From Bdellovibrionales bacterium (GTDB lineage: Bacteria > Bdellovibrionota > Bdellovibrionia > Bdellovibrionales > DASUEL01), in assembly GCA_050250255.1 (NCBI GenBank), contig JBFWOZ010000031.1, positions 1-33,672 of the forward strand: a stretch of 33,672 bases of DNA, in the 5' to 3' direction. Below are positions 19,244 through 27,183 of the stretch, one piece after another. Every line of letters starts with the position of its first letter. Position 1 is the stretch's first letter. Under the pieces are notes generated by a model that saw only the letters and a program-made list of their open reading frames with translations, had not been told where the DNA came from and made no database searches. A program made the translations under genes and the position numbers.

Positions 19244-20382
19244 GAATGGCCTTTATAAGCTTTTTCGAAAGCGCTGAGAGCGAGAGTTGCGTCGCAAGGA
19301 TGTCCCATTTCTTGTAAACCAAGAGCAAGACGACGAAGAGTTTCTCTGATTTCTTCAGCACGAACATAGCCGAGAGTTCCGACACGAAGAATTTTCCCTC
19401 GAAGCTGATCCTGCCCACCCATTAAAGTGAGATTGTATTTTGATTCTAAAAGATCTCGTAATTTTTCGGAGTCCATCATTCCCGGAACTAAGAACGCCGT
19501 GACCGAAGGACTTGGTGCTTTAGAAAAGGTCTTGAAGCCCAAACTTTCTCCACCCGCACGAAGTCCTCGGGAGAGTCTGGCAAACTCTGTAATGTTCGCT
19601 TCTAATCCGTTTTTTAAAATGAGAGTGAGAGCTTGATCGAGAGCGCGGATCAATGAGACGGAGCTACTAAAAAAAGTTTGTCCGGTTCCATTCGCTTTGA
19701 GTTCTTTTCTGAGGTCCCAATAATACCGGGGTGTTTTCGAATGCTCTAAGGCTTTTTGTGCTTTTTTGGAGAGCGATATAAAAGAAAGGCCTGTGGGAAG
19801 CATGAGAGATTTTTGTGAGCCTCCTACAACAACGTCCAGTCCCCATTCGTCCGTTTTTAATTCCATCACCCCGAGAGCTGTAATGGCGTCGACGAGAAAA
19901 AGAGTTTCTGAATATTGACAGACGAGCTGAGCGATTTCTTTGATGGGATGTTGTGTGGCCGTACTTGTTTCACAGGCTTGGCAAAGCACGGCTTTAAATT
20001 TCTCTGCCGACAAAGCGGCTTTTACGGCTTCGAGAGAAGCGGCCTCGCCCCAGGGAATTTTGATTTCCGAAACTTGCATTCCGTAAGCGCGTGCTATGTC
20101 GGCCCAGCGTTCGCCAAATTTTCCTGAAACAAGAGCTAAAACTTTATCCCCTGGTGAAAGAGTGTTCACGAGGGCTGATTCCATAGCGCCTGAGCCCGTG
20201 GAGGTATGAATAAAAACGGGCTCCTCGGTGGCGTAAATCTTTTTAAGTTTTGCTAAAACCTCGGCCAATGTTTTCTCAAACGCCGGAGTGCGATGATGAA
20301 TCATGGGTTCTGAAAGCGCCGCGAGGACCTCATTAGGCACACGTACGGGTCCAGGGGTCATTAACAGGTAGGGAAATTCCAT
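19240..20382 (-). CDS. Class-V PLP aminotransferase (serine/alanine-glyoxylate type)
   Basis: LMTPGP, IHHRT, GKFGERW, VDAIT, GSQKSL (PLP lysine); ATGA overlap with the dehydrogenase. Confidence 0.93.
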   Translation of the reverse strand: MEFPYLLMTPGPVRVPNEVLAALSEPMIHHRTPAFEKTLAEVLAKLKKIYATEEPVFIHTSTGSGAMESALVNTLSPGDKVLALVSGKFGERWADIARAYGMQVSEIKIPWGEAASLEAVKAALSAEKFKAVLCQACETSTATQHPIKEIAQLVCQYSETLFLVDAITALGVMELKTDEWGLDVVVGGSQKSLMLPTGLSFISLSKKAQKALEHSKTPRYYWDLRKELKANGTGQTFFSSSVSLIRALDQALTLILKNGLEANITEFARLSRGLRAGGESLGFKTFSKAPSPSVTAFLVPGMMDSEKLRDLLESKYNLTLMGGQDQLRGKILRVGTLGYVRAEEIRETLRRLALGLQEMGHPCDATLALSAFEKAYKGHS

Positions 20383-20436
20383 GAGTTTGTTTTAGCACCT
20401 TGAATTCTAAAAGGGTAGTGGCTAAGCTGACTGGGA

Positions 20437-20985
20437 ATGAAGAAGTTGTGTATTTTAGCTCTTTTTTTAAGCTCATGCTCTTACCGCTTTAGCGCTTTAG
20501 AAAGAAAACTTCCTGGCGGCTACGATCGTGTGGCCGTACCGATGTTTAAAAACTCGAGCTATGAAGTGGGGATTGAGCCTTTCTTCACCGGCGCTCTCAT
20601 CGAAGAATTGCAAAGAGACAATTTTTCTAAAGTGACAACAAAAGAAAACGCGCAAGTAATTCTTGAAGGCAATGTTTCCTCCGTCGATTTTGGCCAAGGG
20701 GCTTCGCTCGAAGATGAAAATCTCAAACGCAAAAAAGCCTATCTCGTCACAGAATATCGTATTTACGTGAGCGTTTCACTCACTCTAAAACGCGCCTCAG
20801 ATCAAAAGGTTTTGTGGGCAGGAAGTTTTAGCGGTGAAAAGCCCTATCCTGCACCGCAAGTGACAACCGATGGGCTTGACAGCGTGAACCCAAATTACAA
20901 TCATAGCGCGCGTATGCAGAATATGAAGATTCTTGCAAAAGATGTTATGAACCAAGCGTACATGAACATGACCGAAAACTTTTGA
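20437..20985 (+). CDS. lptE: LPS assembly lipoprotein LptE
   Basis: Lipobox LSS-C, VAVPMFKN motif, position directly upstream of holA. Confidence 0.85.
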   Translation: MKKLCILALFLSSCSYRFSALERKLPGGYDRVAVPMFKNSSYEVGIEPFFTGALIEELQRDNFSKVTTKENAQVILEGNVSSVDFGQGASLEDENLKRKKAYLVTEYRIYVSVSLTLKRASDQKVLWAGSFSGEKPYPAPQVTTDGLDSVNPNYNHSARMQNMKILAKDVMNQAYMNMTENF

Positions 20986-20998
20986 ATTGAGGAATTTT

Positions 20999-21997
20999 GT
21001 GCCAGCAGTTGAGCCACAAAAGTTTTTAAGCCAGCTAGGGAAGAGTCCACTTCCTCCGGCTGTGCTTTTCTATGGCGAAGAAGAATACCTCTTAAGAGAA
21101 GCTCTCGATCAGGTTGCGGAAGTCGCTCTTGAGGGCGCTCTTCGTGATTTCAATCTCGATATTTTTTATGCTCAAGTCGATGACACAATGAAAATTCGGG
21201 ATGCCGTTGAAACTCTCCCCATGATGGCAGCAAAAAGAGTAGTGGTGGTTAAAGAAGGCCAGCACTTGAAAGCGAAAGATTACGAACTTCTTTTGCCTCT
21301 TTTAGAATCACCGGTGGATTCAACGGTGTTTATTTTTGTGGCTTCCCACATCGATCAGCGTTTGAAATTTTTTAAAAAATTCTCCGAAGTAGGCACGCTC
21401 TGCAAATTTCAAAAACCCTTCGAAGATCAAATCCCTCTATGGATTAAAAAAATGGCGACTCGCTACGAAAAAAATCTCAGCGGTGAGGCCATCGAACAGG
21501 TATTTCAACTCGTGGGTTCAAACCTCATCGATATCGACAATGAACTTCGTAAACTCTCCCAATATGTCGGAGACAGAAAAGACATCAACGTCGGCGATGT
21601 GAAAGAAGTCGTCTCGCCTCTCAGAACAGACACGGTTTTTCAATTGGCAAACGCGATTGGCGTGAATGATCGAGGACACGCACTCACATGCCTTGCGAAT
21701 CTCCTAGAGTTTGGCGAAAGTCCTCTCGGGATTTTGGCACTGGTCTCTCGACACGTTCGCATTCTTACAACGATCAAAGATGGATTTCGTGAAGGCTTAA
21801 CCCAAGCGCAACTCAGCTCTCGCGTGGGTGTTCCGCCCTTCTTTATGAAGCAGTACGTAGAGCAGAGCAAAAGCTGGAGTGAACCAAAGATTCGTCAGAC
21901 CTACGTCGCTCTGATGCACACCGATCGTGCGTTGAAGTCGTCTCCCATCACGCCGCATATATGGCTCGAAAATTTTATTATTAAAACCTGTAATTAG
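20999..21997 (+). CDS. holA: DNA polymerase III delta subunit
   Basis: LFYGEEEYL, DFNLDIFY, TLPMMAAKRVVVVK, NELRKL, DRALKSS. GTG start at 20999 follows GAGGA. Confidence 0.95.
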   Translation: MPAVEPQKFLSQLGKSPLPPAVLFYGEEEYLLREALDQVAEVALEGALRDFNLDIFYAQVDDTMKIRDAVETLPMMAAKRVVVVKEGQHLKAKDYELLLPLLESPVDSTVFIFVASHIDQRLKFFKKFSEVGTLCKFQKPFEDQIPLWIKKMATRYEKNLSGEAIEQVFQLVGSNLIDIDNELRKLSQYVGDRKDINVGDVKEVVSPLRTDTVFQLANAIGVNDRGHALTCLANLLEFGESPLGILALVSRHVRILTTIKDGFREGLTQAQLSSRVGVPPFFMKQYVEQSKSWSEPKIRQTYVALMHTDRALKSSPITPHIWLENFIIKTCN

Positions 21998-22006
21998 TTT
22001 GAAATA

Positions 22007-22056
22007 CCGGGATCCAGGTATTCCGGGTAACTGGAATACTCGGATCCCGGATTTTC
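22007..22056 (+). terminator. Long (about 20 bp) hairpin with GNRA loop and U-rich tail after holA
   Basis: CCGGGATCC-AG-GTATTCCGG-GTAA-CTGGAATAC-TC-GGATCCCGG followed by ATTTTC. Confidence 0.7.
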
Positions 22057-22094
22057 TTCTGGCTTCCCTGCATCGAGACTCCGTTCCGATAGAG

Positions 22095-22169
22095 AAAGGC
22101 ATCCATGCCTGATGGGGGCTGCTTGCCCCCATACCCCCATGTTCGAACGGTCTTCCGGACCGTTCGATG
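22095..22169. repeat. 75-bp three-hairpin interspersed repeat, copy 1
   Basis: Identical to 33191-33265. Confidence 0.95.
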
Positions 22170-22256
22170 TAGATTTTCATTGGCGTGCTGGCTGGTTGAG
22201 ACGGCTACACCGACCAGGAGGGAAATTTCTCGTTCATTTTTTGTGGCAACACTTAT

Positions 22257-22282
22257 AGAAAAATCAAATGTGTGATTTTTCT
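22257..22282. promoter_or_regulatory. Perfect inverted repeat, operator-like
   Basis: AGAAAAATCA-N6-TGATTTTTCT. Confidence 0.45.
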
Positions 22283-22488
22283 GCAGGCGTTACCTAAGAA
22301 AAAACTTATGAAATGATTGACATAAAATTATGTGATCGACGTTGCTATTCTACTTCTTCAAATACTAAAGAAATTATTTTTTCTGATTTTGAAAAAGTCA
22401 TCGCAGCATAAAGCATTTATGTAAGATTAAATTCATTTTAAAAATGCTCCTCTCCTATGAAAAAAATAGCTCTTAAAAATCCATGATA

Positions 22489-22509
22489 GAACTTCTCCAG
22501 AAGAAGCTC
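22489..22509. promoter_or_regulatory. Palindromic site upstream of the HNH gene, matching an intragenic palindrome
   Basis: GAACTTCTCC-A-GAAGAAGCTC; 22492-22508 matches 23184-23200 at 15 of 17 positions. Confidence 0.6.
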
Positions 22510-22549
22510 AGGCAAAGAAATTTGAGCGAATTTAGGCAAAGGAGTGAAT

Positions 22550-23491
22550 ATGAAAAATCTGAAAGACATGGAACTCTTAACGTTGATCAAATCTAAAGTT
22601 CAAACTGAGAGAAATCTTACTTTGGAGATTATCGAAATTTTGCAGGAAATTCGTGATCGTAGACTCCATCTTCAGCGAGGGTACTCCTCTCTTCATGAAT
22701 TTTGTGTAAAAGAATTAAAATATTCTGATGGGGCGGCTTACCGACGCATTAAGGCGATGAAGCTTGTCGAAGACATACCAGAAGCCCTGAAGTCGATTGA
22801 ATCCGGAAGTCTTTCGCTGACAACTGCGAGCCAATTACAAAATGTTTTCGAATCCAAAGAAAAGACGGCAAAGCCGCTGTCTTTAGACGAGAAAACGGAG
22901 CTCTTTGAACGAGTGCAAAATCAATCGCGGCAAGAGGTGGAACGTACGATCGCGAGGCTCTGCCCTGAGATTGTTAAAACACCTGAAAAAGTCAGGCCTA
23001 TGAATGATACACAAGTGAAAGTGGAGCTCGTGCTTGATATAGAGCTTTACGCGAAGCTTGAAAAAATAAAACATCTGACCTCGCATAAAAATAAAAGTTT
23101 GATCGAATTGATTGGTTATCTTGCAGACCGGGAACTAAAAAGATGTGACCCCGAACTTAAAACTGTAAAGAAAGTGACAACAGCTTCTCCTGGAGAAGCT
23201 GTGACAAGAAGTGTTGCTTCATCTCAGCGGAACAAACTCTCACGATATATTCCTTCAGCTGTTAGGCACTCAGTTTGGATGAAAAGTAAAGGTCGCTGTA
23301 CTTTTGTCGATCCACTCACGAAACGAAAATGCGAATCTAACTATAAGCTTCAGTTTGAACATATAAAGCCTTTTGCCGTTGGTGGGGAAAACACGGTCGA
23401 GAATTTAAGAATACTCTGTTCGAGTCATAATGTGCTGAATGCCATACGTTTTTATGGAAAAGCTAAGATAGAAAGGCACCAGCGAAATTAA
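22550..23491 (+). CDS. HNH endonuclease with N-terminal helical (DUF222-like) domain
   Basis: C-terminal RYIP...GRC...C...LQFEHIKPFAVGG...NLRILCSSHN; N-terminal GYSSLHEFCVKELKYSDGAAYRRI. AAGGAG lies 5 nt before ATG 22550. Confidence 0.92.
   Translation: MKNLKDMELLTLIKSKVQTERNLTLEIIEILQEIRDRRLHLQRGYSSLHEFCVKELKYSDGAAYRRIKAMKLVEDIPEALKSIESGSLSLTTASQLQNVFESKEKTAKPLSLDEKTELFERVQNQSRQEVERTIARLCPEIVKTPEKVRPMNDTQVKVELVLDIELYAKLEKIKHLTSHKNKSLIELIGYLADRELKRCDPELKTVKKVTTASPGEAVTRSVASSQRNKLSRYIPSAVRHSVWMKSKGRCTFVDPLTKRKCESNYKLQFEHIKPFAVGGENTVENLRILCSSHNVLNAIRFYGKAKIERHQRN
23174..23207. repeat. Perfect 23-bp palindrome inside the HNH gene, bracketed by GTGACAA direct repeats
   Basis: ACAGCTTCTCC-T-GGAGAAGCTGT at 23180-23202; GTGACAA at 23174-23180 and 23201-23207. 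Confidence 0.85.
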
Positions 23492-23494
23492 GTG

Positions 23495-23607
23495 GTGGGA
23501 TGAGGAAAGGACTGCCAAACTTTGGCCCCGAAGGGGTGAGCGCTGGATGCGCGAGTTTGGCAGTTAACCAACCAGGATGGGCGGTAGTTCTGGATATGTT
23601 AGGGACA
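23495..23607 (+). other. Structured GGA-rich intergenic element (three-way junction)
   Basis: 11-bp stem ACTGCCAAACT (23511-23521) / AGTTTGGCAGT (23554-23564) enclosing GCCCC-GAA-GGGGT and GCGC-TGGAT-GCGC; seven GGA triplets. Confidence 0.6.
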
Positions 23608-23617
23608 GACTTAGATT

Positions 23618-25231
23618 CTACTTCTTCCGACCCAATTTTCTCTTGAGAATGCCCAGTGCTTCGTGCGTCTCTTTCGTACGAATCAGCAGCGAGACCGAGA
23701 AGAAGACCAGAGCTCCACAGATGATAGAGATCGCGAGCGCGAGCGGCTGGTGAAAACTGAGTGGCTGTAAGAGCTCGGCAAGGGGAGTGTAGACCTGAAG
23801 CAAAAAAGCCATCGCTAATGCAGCGATGGTGTACTTCACAATCGAAAGAAGAAAATCACCCAATTGTACCGGGCCGATAAAATAGAAGTGAAATCCAAAG
23901 AGAAGCATGAAATTCACGGCAGAGCTTGCTACCGTAGCCCACGCGAGTCCTTCCATTCCCTGGCTGAAAACTAAAGATTGCGCGAGGAAATAGTGAATGA
24001 CGAGAGCGACGCCAGAGACCGCGGCGGGAAACCAGGTGTTCTTGATTGCGTAGTAAGGAGACACAATTACGCGTACTCCACTGTAAGTGAGAACAGAGAA
24101 GGTGTAAATTTGTAGAATCGAAGCAGTCATGAGCGTGTCGTGCGCGGTGAATCTTCCGCGTTCAAAAAGAACTTCAATGATCGGGTAGGAGAGTGCGTAA
24201 ATCCCGACAGAGGCAGGAATCGCCAGGAAGAATGTGAGTTTTAAAAAATGCATCGACGTTTGAATCATCTCTTCTCTTTGTCCACTCGCCCAGTGTCGTG
24301 CGAGTGTTGGAAGAAGGGCTGAACCGAGGCTTACGGCAACAAGCGAGAGAGGAAGTTCGAGAAGACGATCGGCGGTGTAGATCCACGAATGTGTGCCTTC
24401 AGGAAGTTCGCTCGCAAAACGTACGTTAATGAGAGAAGCGAGCTGAAGAATTCCCACCCCAATCCAACTCGGCAGAAGACTTTGTAGTACCTGGCGAATC
24501 TCTGGGCTCCAAACTTTAAAAGAAAAGCGAGGTAAAAACCCTTCCTTCGCTAAAGAGGGAATGAGCCAAGCCATTTGCAAAAAACCACCGATAAGCACAC
24601 CCCACGCGAGAGATTCTCCGGGCCAGCGAAGATCATCATGAAAGAGGGATGAGGCGATCAGTGAAATATTAAAAATCACCGGAGCAAAAGCGCCGGCGGT
24701 GAATCGTTTGAGGCTATTGAGGATCGCCATAAAGTAGGCGTACATGCTGATAAAGAAAATAAAACCGAACATGATTTTGGCCATGTGTACGGTGAGTTCA
24801 AATTTGCCCTGCACCGACAGATAACCTTGCCCAGGTACCAAATAGATAAGGATTTGATCGGCAAAGATAATCCCGGCGGCGGTCAAAACACTCAGAAAGG
24901 CAAAAAGGAGTGTGAATATTCCGTAGGCCAATTTGTGGGCCTCAGAGACTGGCTGACTCGAAGGACCTTTTGTTAAAGTGCCAATAAAAACGGGGATAAA
25001 GGCGACCGAAAGGGATCCTTCCCCGAGCATTCGGCGAAAAAGATTAGGGAGTCGAAAGGCCACTAACCAGGCATCAGTGACCGTGCGATCAAAGACCGCT
25101 ACGGTCACGGCGTCGCGAATAAGGCCCAAAATACGAGAAGAAAAGGTCCCGAGGGCCATTGTAATAGCATTTAGGACGACGGATTTCCGCTCATGGTCGT
25201 TCTTTGGCTGTTTTTCTAAACCCGCTGACAT
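23618..25231 (-). CDS. murJ: Lipid II flippase MurJ (MviN)
   Basis: SRILGLIRD, AFRLPNLFRRMLGEGSLSVAFIP, ADRLLELP, LFERGRF. Confidence 0.98.
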   Translation of the reverse strand: MSAGLEKQPKNDHERKSVVLNAITMALGTFSSRILGLIRDAVTVAVFDRTVTDAWLVAFRLPNLFRRMLGEGSLSVAFIPVFIGTLTKGPSSQPVSEAHKLAYGIFTLLFAFLSVLTAAGIIFADQILIYLVPGQGYLSVQGKFELTVHMAKIMFGFIFFISMYAYFMAILNSLKRFTAGAFAPVIFNISLIASSLFHDDLRWPGESLAWGVLIGGFLQMAWLIPSLAKEGFLPRFSFKVWSPEIRQVLQSLLPSWIGVGILQLASLINVRFASELPEGTHSWIYTADRLLELPLSLVAVSLGSALLPTLARHWASGQREEMIQTSMHFLKLTFFLAIPASVGIYALSYPIIEVLFERGRFTAHDTLMTASILQIYTFSVLTYSGVRVIVSPYYAIKNTWFPAAVSGVALVIHYFLAQSLVFSQGMEGLAWATVASSAVNFMLLFGFHFYFIGPVQLGDFLLSIVKYTIAALAMAFLLQVYTPLAELLQPLSFHQPLALAISIICGALVFFSVSLLIRTKETHEALGILKRKLGRKK

Positions 25232-25328
25232 GCTCTGGCCTTTACCCCTTGATTCTGTTCTGACACCGTGTTAACTCAGACAGCTAACTTATTGATATGT
25301 ATTAAAAGATTATTTCGGGAGGATCCCC

Positions 25329-25595
25329 TTGGCAAATCATAAATCAGCCGCAAAACGAGCTAAGCAATCTTTAGTTAAAGCTGCTTCTAACACAGCGACT
25401 CTCAGTTCTGTAAGAACTTGGGAAAGAAAGCTTCGTAAGGCTATGGACACTAAGAACGTGAAAGAAGCTCGTGAGCTTCTTGGCACTGTGATGAGCAAAC
25501 TTGATAAAGCGGCTAAAAAAGGTGTGATCCACACTCGCAACGCTTCTCGTAAAATCAGCCGACTTTCTAGTCGTCTTTCTGCTCTCGAAAAATAA
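25329..25595 (+). CDS. rpsT: 30S ribosomal protein S20
   Basis: MANHKSAAKRAKQ...DKAAKKGVIHTRNASRKISRL; TTG start after GGAGG. Confidence 0.99.
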   Translation: MANHKSAAKRAKQSLVKAASNTATLSSVRTWERKLRKAMDTKNVKEARELLGTVMSKLDKAAKKGVIHTRNASRKISRLSSRLSALEK

Positions 25596-25782
25596 TTTTT
25601 CTCTCGGAAAACCCCTCACGAAAAGCTGGTATTAGAAACGCTAATGTGAGGGGGCAAATCATTTCATCTCTCTTCGTATTGTAATTTTTTTTTAATTTTT
25701 GTAAAAAACCTTAAGTTGAGGCCATCAAGACGATGTCTGAGGCTTATTGTAATGAATTGATTGTGTACTGATTCGACTCTTT

Positions 25783-25809
25783 AAAAGGTGTCAGGTTCTG
25801 ACACCTTTT
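25783..25809. terminator. Bidirectional terminator / REP-like palindrome
   Basis: AAAAGGTGTCAG-GTT-CTGACACCTTTT immediately after the PilZ stop. Confidence 0.8.
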
Positions 25810-25810
25810 T

Positions 25811-26191
25811 TTATGCCAACAGGTCGGCCATCGCTTCTTGTTCAGATTTAGCGGCGATGTAATCTCTGATTTTTTTCTTAAATTTAAAGCCGAGAGTATG
25901 AAATTGAAATCCTGCTTGGAAGTTAGGACGTCCATCGGCGGTCTGACCTTTTTGGCTTACGTAGCGAATGATCGCCCGTACAATCGTGATTTCATTTTGT
26001 GGCATTGTGAGAGAAAGAATGACAGTTTCATCTTTCTTTAAAGGTGTTGTAATGTTGAGTAGAAGTCCGCCCTCGCCAATCTCTTCGCAATAGCCCGTAG
26101 AATATTCTCCGTGCACCAAAATCCCGATAGGTTTGATGTACTTTCGACGAGGATACTTTCTTTTATGTAGAAACTCTTTTAACTCTTCCAC
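25811..26191 (-). CDS. Single-domain PilZ protein
   Basis: RKYPR (RxxxR), degenerate second motif EIGEGG, AGFQF. Start probably GTG 26191 after GGGAGA; TTG 26209 is the alternative. Confidence 0.88.
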   Translation of the reverse strand: MEELKEFLHKRKYPRRKYIKPIGILVHGEYSTGYCEEIGEGGLLLNITTPLKKDETVILSLTMPQNEITIVRAIIRYVSQKGQTADGRPNFQAGFQFHTLGFKFKKKIRDYIAAKSEQEAMADLLA

Positions 26192-26213
26192 GATATGGGG
26201 GTCTCCCAAGTCT

Positions 26214-26241
26214 TTATCGGAAGAAGGGCGAGAGATCTCAA
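26214..26241 (-). promoter_or_regulatory. Candidate sigma28 (FliA) promoter for the PilZ gene
   Basis: Minus strand TTGAG-N15-TCCGATAA. Confidence 0.45.
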
Positions 26242-26283
26242 GTCAGGCCCTTAGTCACATATCGTGATATCTGAGCTCGGATA

Positions 26284-27087
26284 TCACATATCGGATTGTC
26301 TTTTTGACTGCTCCCAGAACTCTTCTTTTTCGTCGTTGGAAAGTTGTTCCCAATCTTTTCCGGCTTTTTTAACGAGCTCATGCATACGAAAGTAACGTTT
26401 TTCGAACTTGTTGTTTGCAAGGCGAAGCGTGTGTTCGGCATCCAGGTTTAAATGGCGCGCGAGTTGGGCGGCCGTAAAAAGAAAATCTCCCATTTCGATT
26501 TCAATCTCTTGAGGATTTTTGGCATTTAAAGCTTCATCTAATTCGCTGCGCTCTTCGTCTAATTTTTTGATCACTTGCTCTACCGTTGTCCAATCGAATT
26601 TCGCTCGTTTTGTTTTTTCTCCAATTTTCTGAGAGCGGTGGAGAGCGGGGAGACTGAGTGGGCCCCCAAGAGTTTTGGGTTTTTCCTCGCCATTTTTCTT
26701 TTCGGCGGCTTTGATTTTTTCCCAATTTTGAAGAACCTCGGTGGAATCTTGAACATTATCTTGAGCAAAAACATGAGGATGACGCCTTACGAGTTTAGAG
26801 CAAACGCTCTCAATGATGTCGTAAATATCAAAACGATTTTCTTGCCGTCCCATTTCTGCGTGGAAAACAACTTGTAGAAGCACGTCACCAAGTTCCTCGA
26901 TGATATGATTCTGATCTCCTGATTCAATCGCCTCGCCGAGTTCACAGGCTTCTTCAATCGCGTATGGGATAAGAGTTTTATGGGTTTGTTCGAGATCCCA
27001 CGGGCAGCCGCCCGGACCTCTTAAACCCTTCATGACCTCTAAAAGGCTTTCAAATTTTCGATGATCAGAGGGTGGGGTAATAGGCAT
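26284..27087 (-). CDS. mazG: Nucleoside triphosphate pyrophosphohydrolase MazG
   Basis: GCPWDLEQT, EELGDVLLQVVFHA, KLVRRHPHVF, EMGDFLF. Start ATG 27087 after GGAGGA. Confidence 0.97.
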   Translation of the reverse strand: MPITPPSDHRKFESLLEVMKGLRGPGGCPWDLEQTHKTLIPYAIEEACELGEAIESGDQNHIIEELGDVLLQVVFHAEMGRQENRFDIYDIIESVCSKLVRRHPHVFAQDNVQDSTEVLQNWEKIKAAEKKNGEEKPKTLGGPLSLPALHRSQKIGEKTKRAKFDWTTVEQVIKKLDEERSELDEALNAKNPQEIEIEMGDFLFTAAQLARHLNLDAEHTLRLANNKFEKRYFRMHELVKKAGKDWEQLSNDEKEEFWEQSKRQSDM

Positions 27088-27183
27088 AGACTTTCCTCCA
27101 TGGATGAAGGTCCTGAATATGGATGAATGCACAATATCAAGCAAACAAAAATACAATAAAAACCGAATAGTAAACGTAAAATT

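Noticed and set aside
22113..22162. SRP (4.5S) RNA: the minus strand of the 75-bp repeat contains GGTCCGGAAG and AAGCAGCC
   Set aside because: In SRP RNA these motifs are nearly contiguous in one helix. Here they are about 25 nt apart in separate hairpins, and the element is duplicated.
21797..22180. 127-aa minus-strand ORF across the holA end and the hairpins
   Set aside because: Antisense to holA, runs through repeats and hairpins, and has no recognisable family features.
22061..22235. 6S RNA or a known riboswitch
   Set aside because: Only short end-pairing is visible; no conserved 6S central-bubble or riboswitch aptamer motifs were recognised. Kept only as an unnamed ncRNA candidate.
22306..22421. 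TTGACA at 22317 and CATAAA...TTATG palindromes upstream of the HNH gene
   Set aside because: No -10 element at 16-18 bp, and short palindromes are expected by chance in such AT-rich DNA.
22550..23491. IscB/Cas9-like or restriction-modification assignment for the HNH protein
   Set aside because: No PLMP or RuvC motifs were seen, and there is no adjacent methyltransferase.
25606..25660. c-di-GMP-I riboswitch-like stem (GGAAAA-CCCCTCAC-GAAA...GTGAGGGG-GCAAA) after rpsT
   Set aside because: No P3 helix or P1 closure is visible and no gene lies downstream on that strand. More likely a 3'-UTR stabilising or terminating hairpin.
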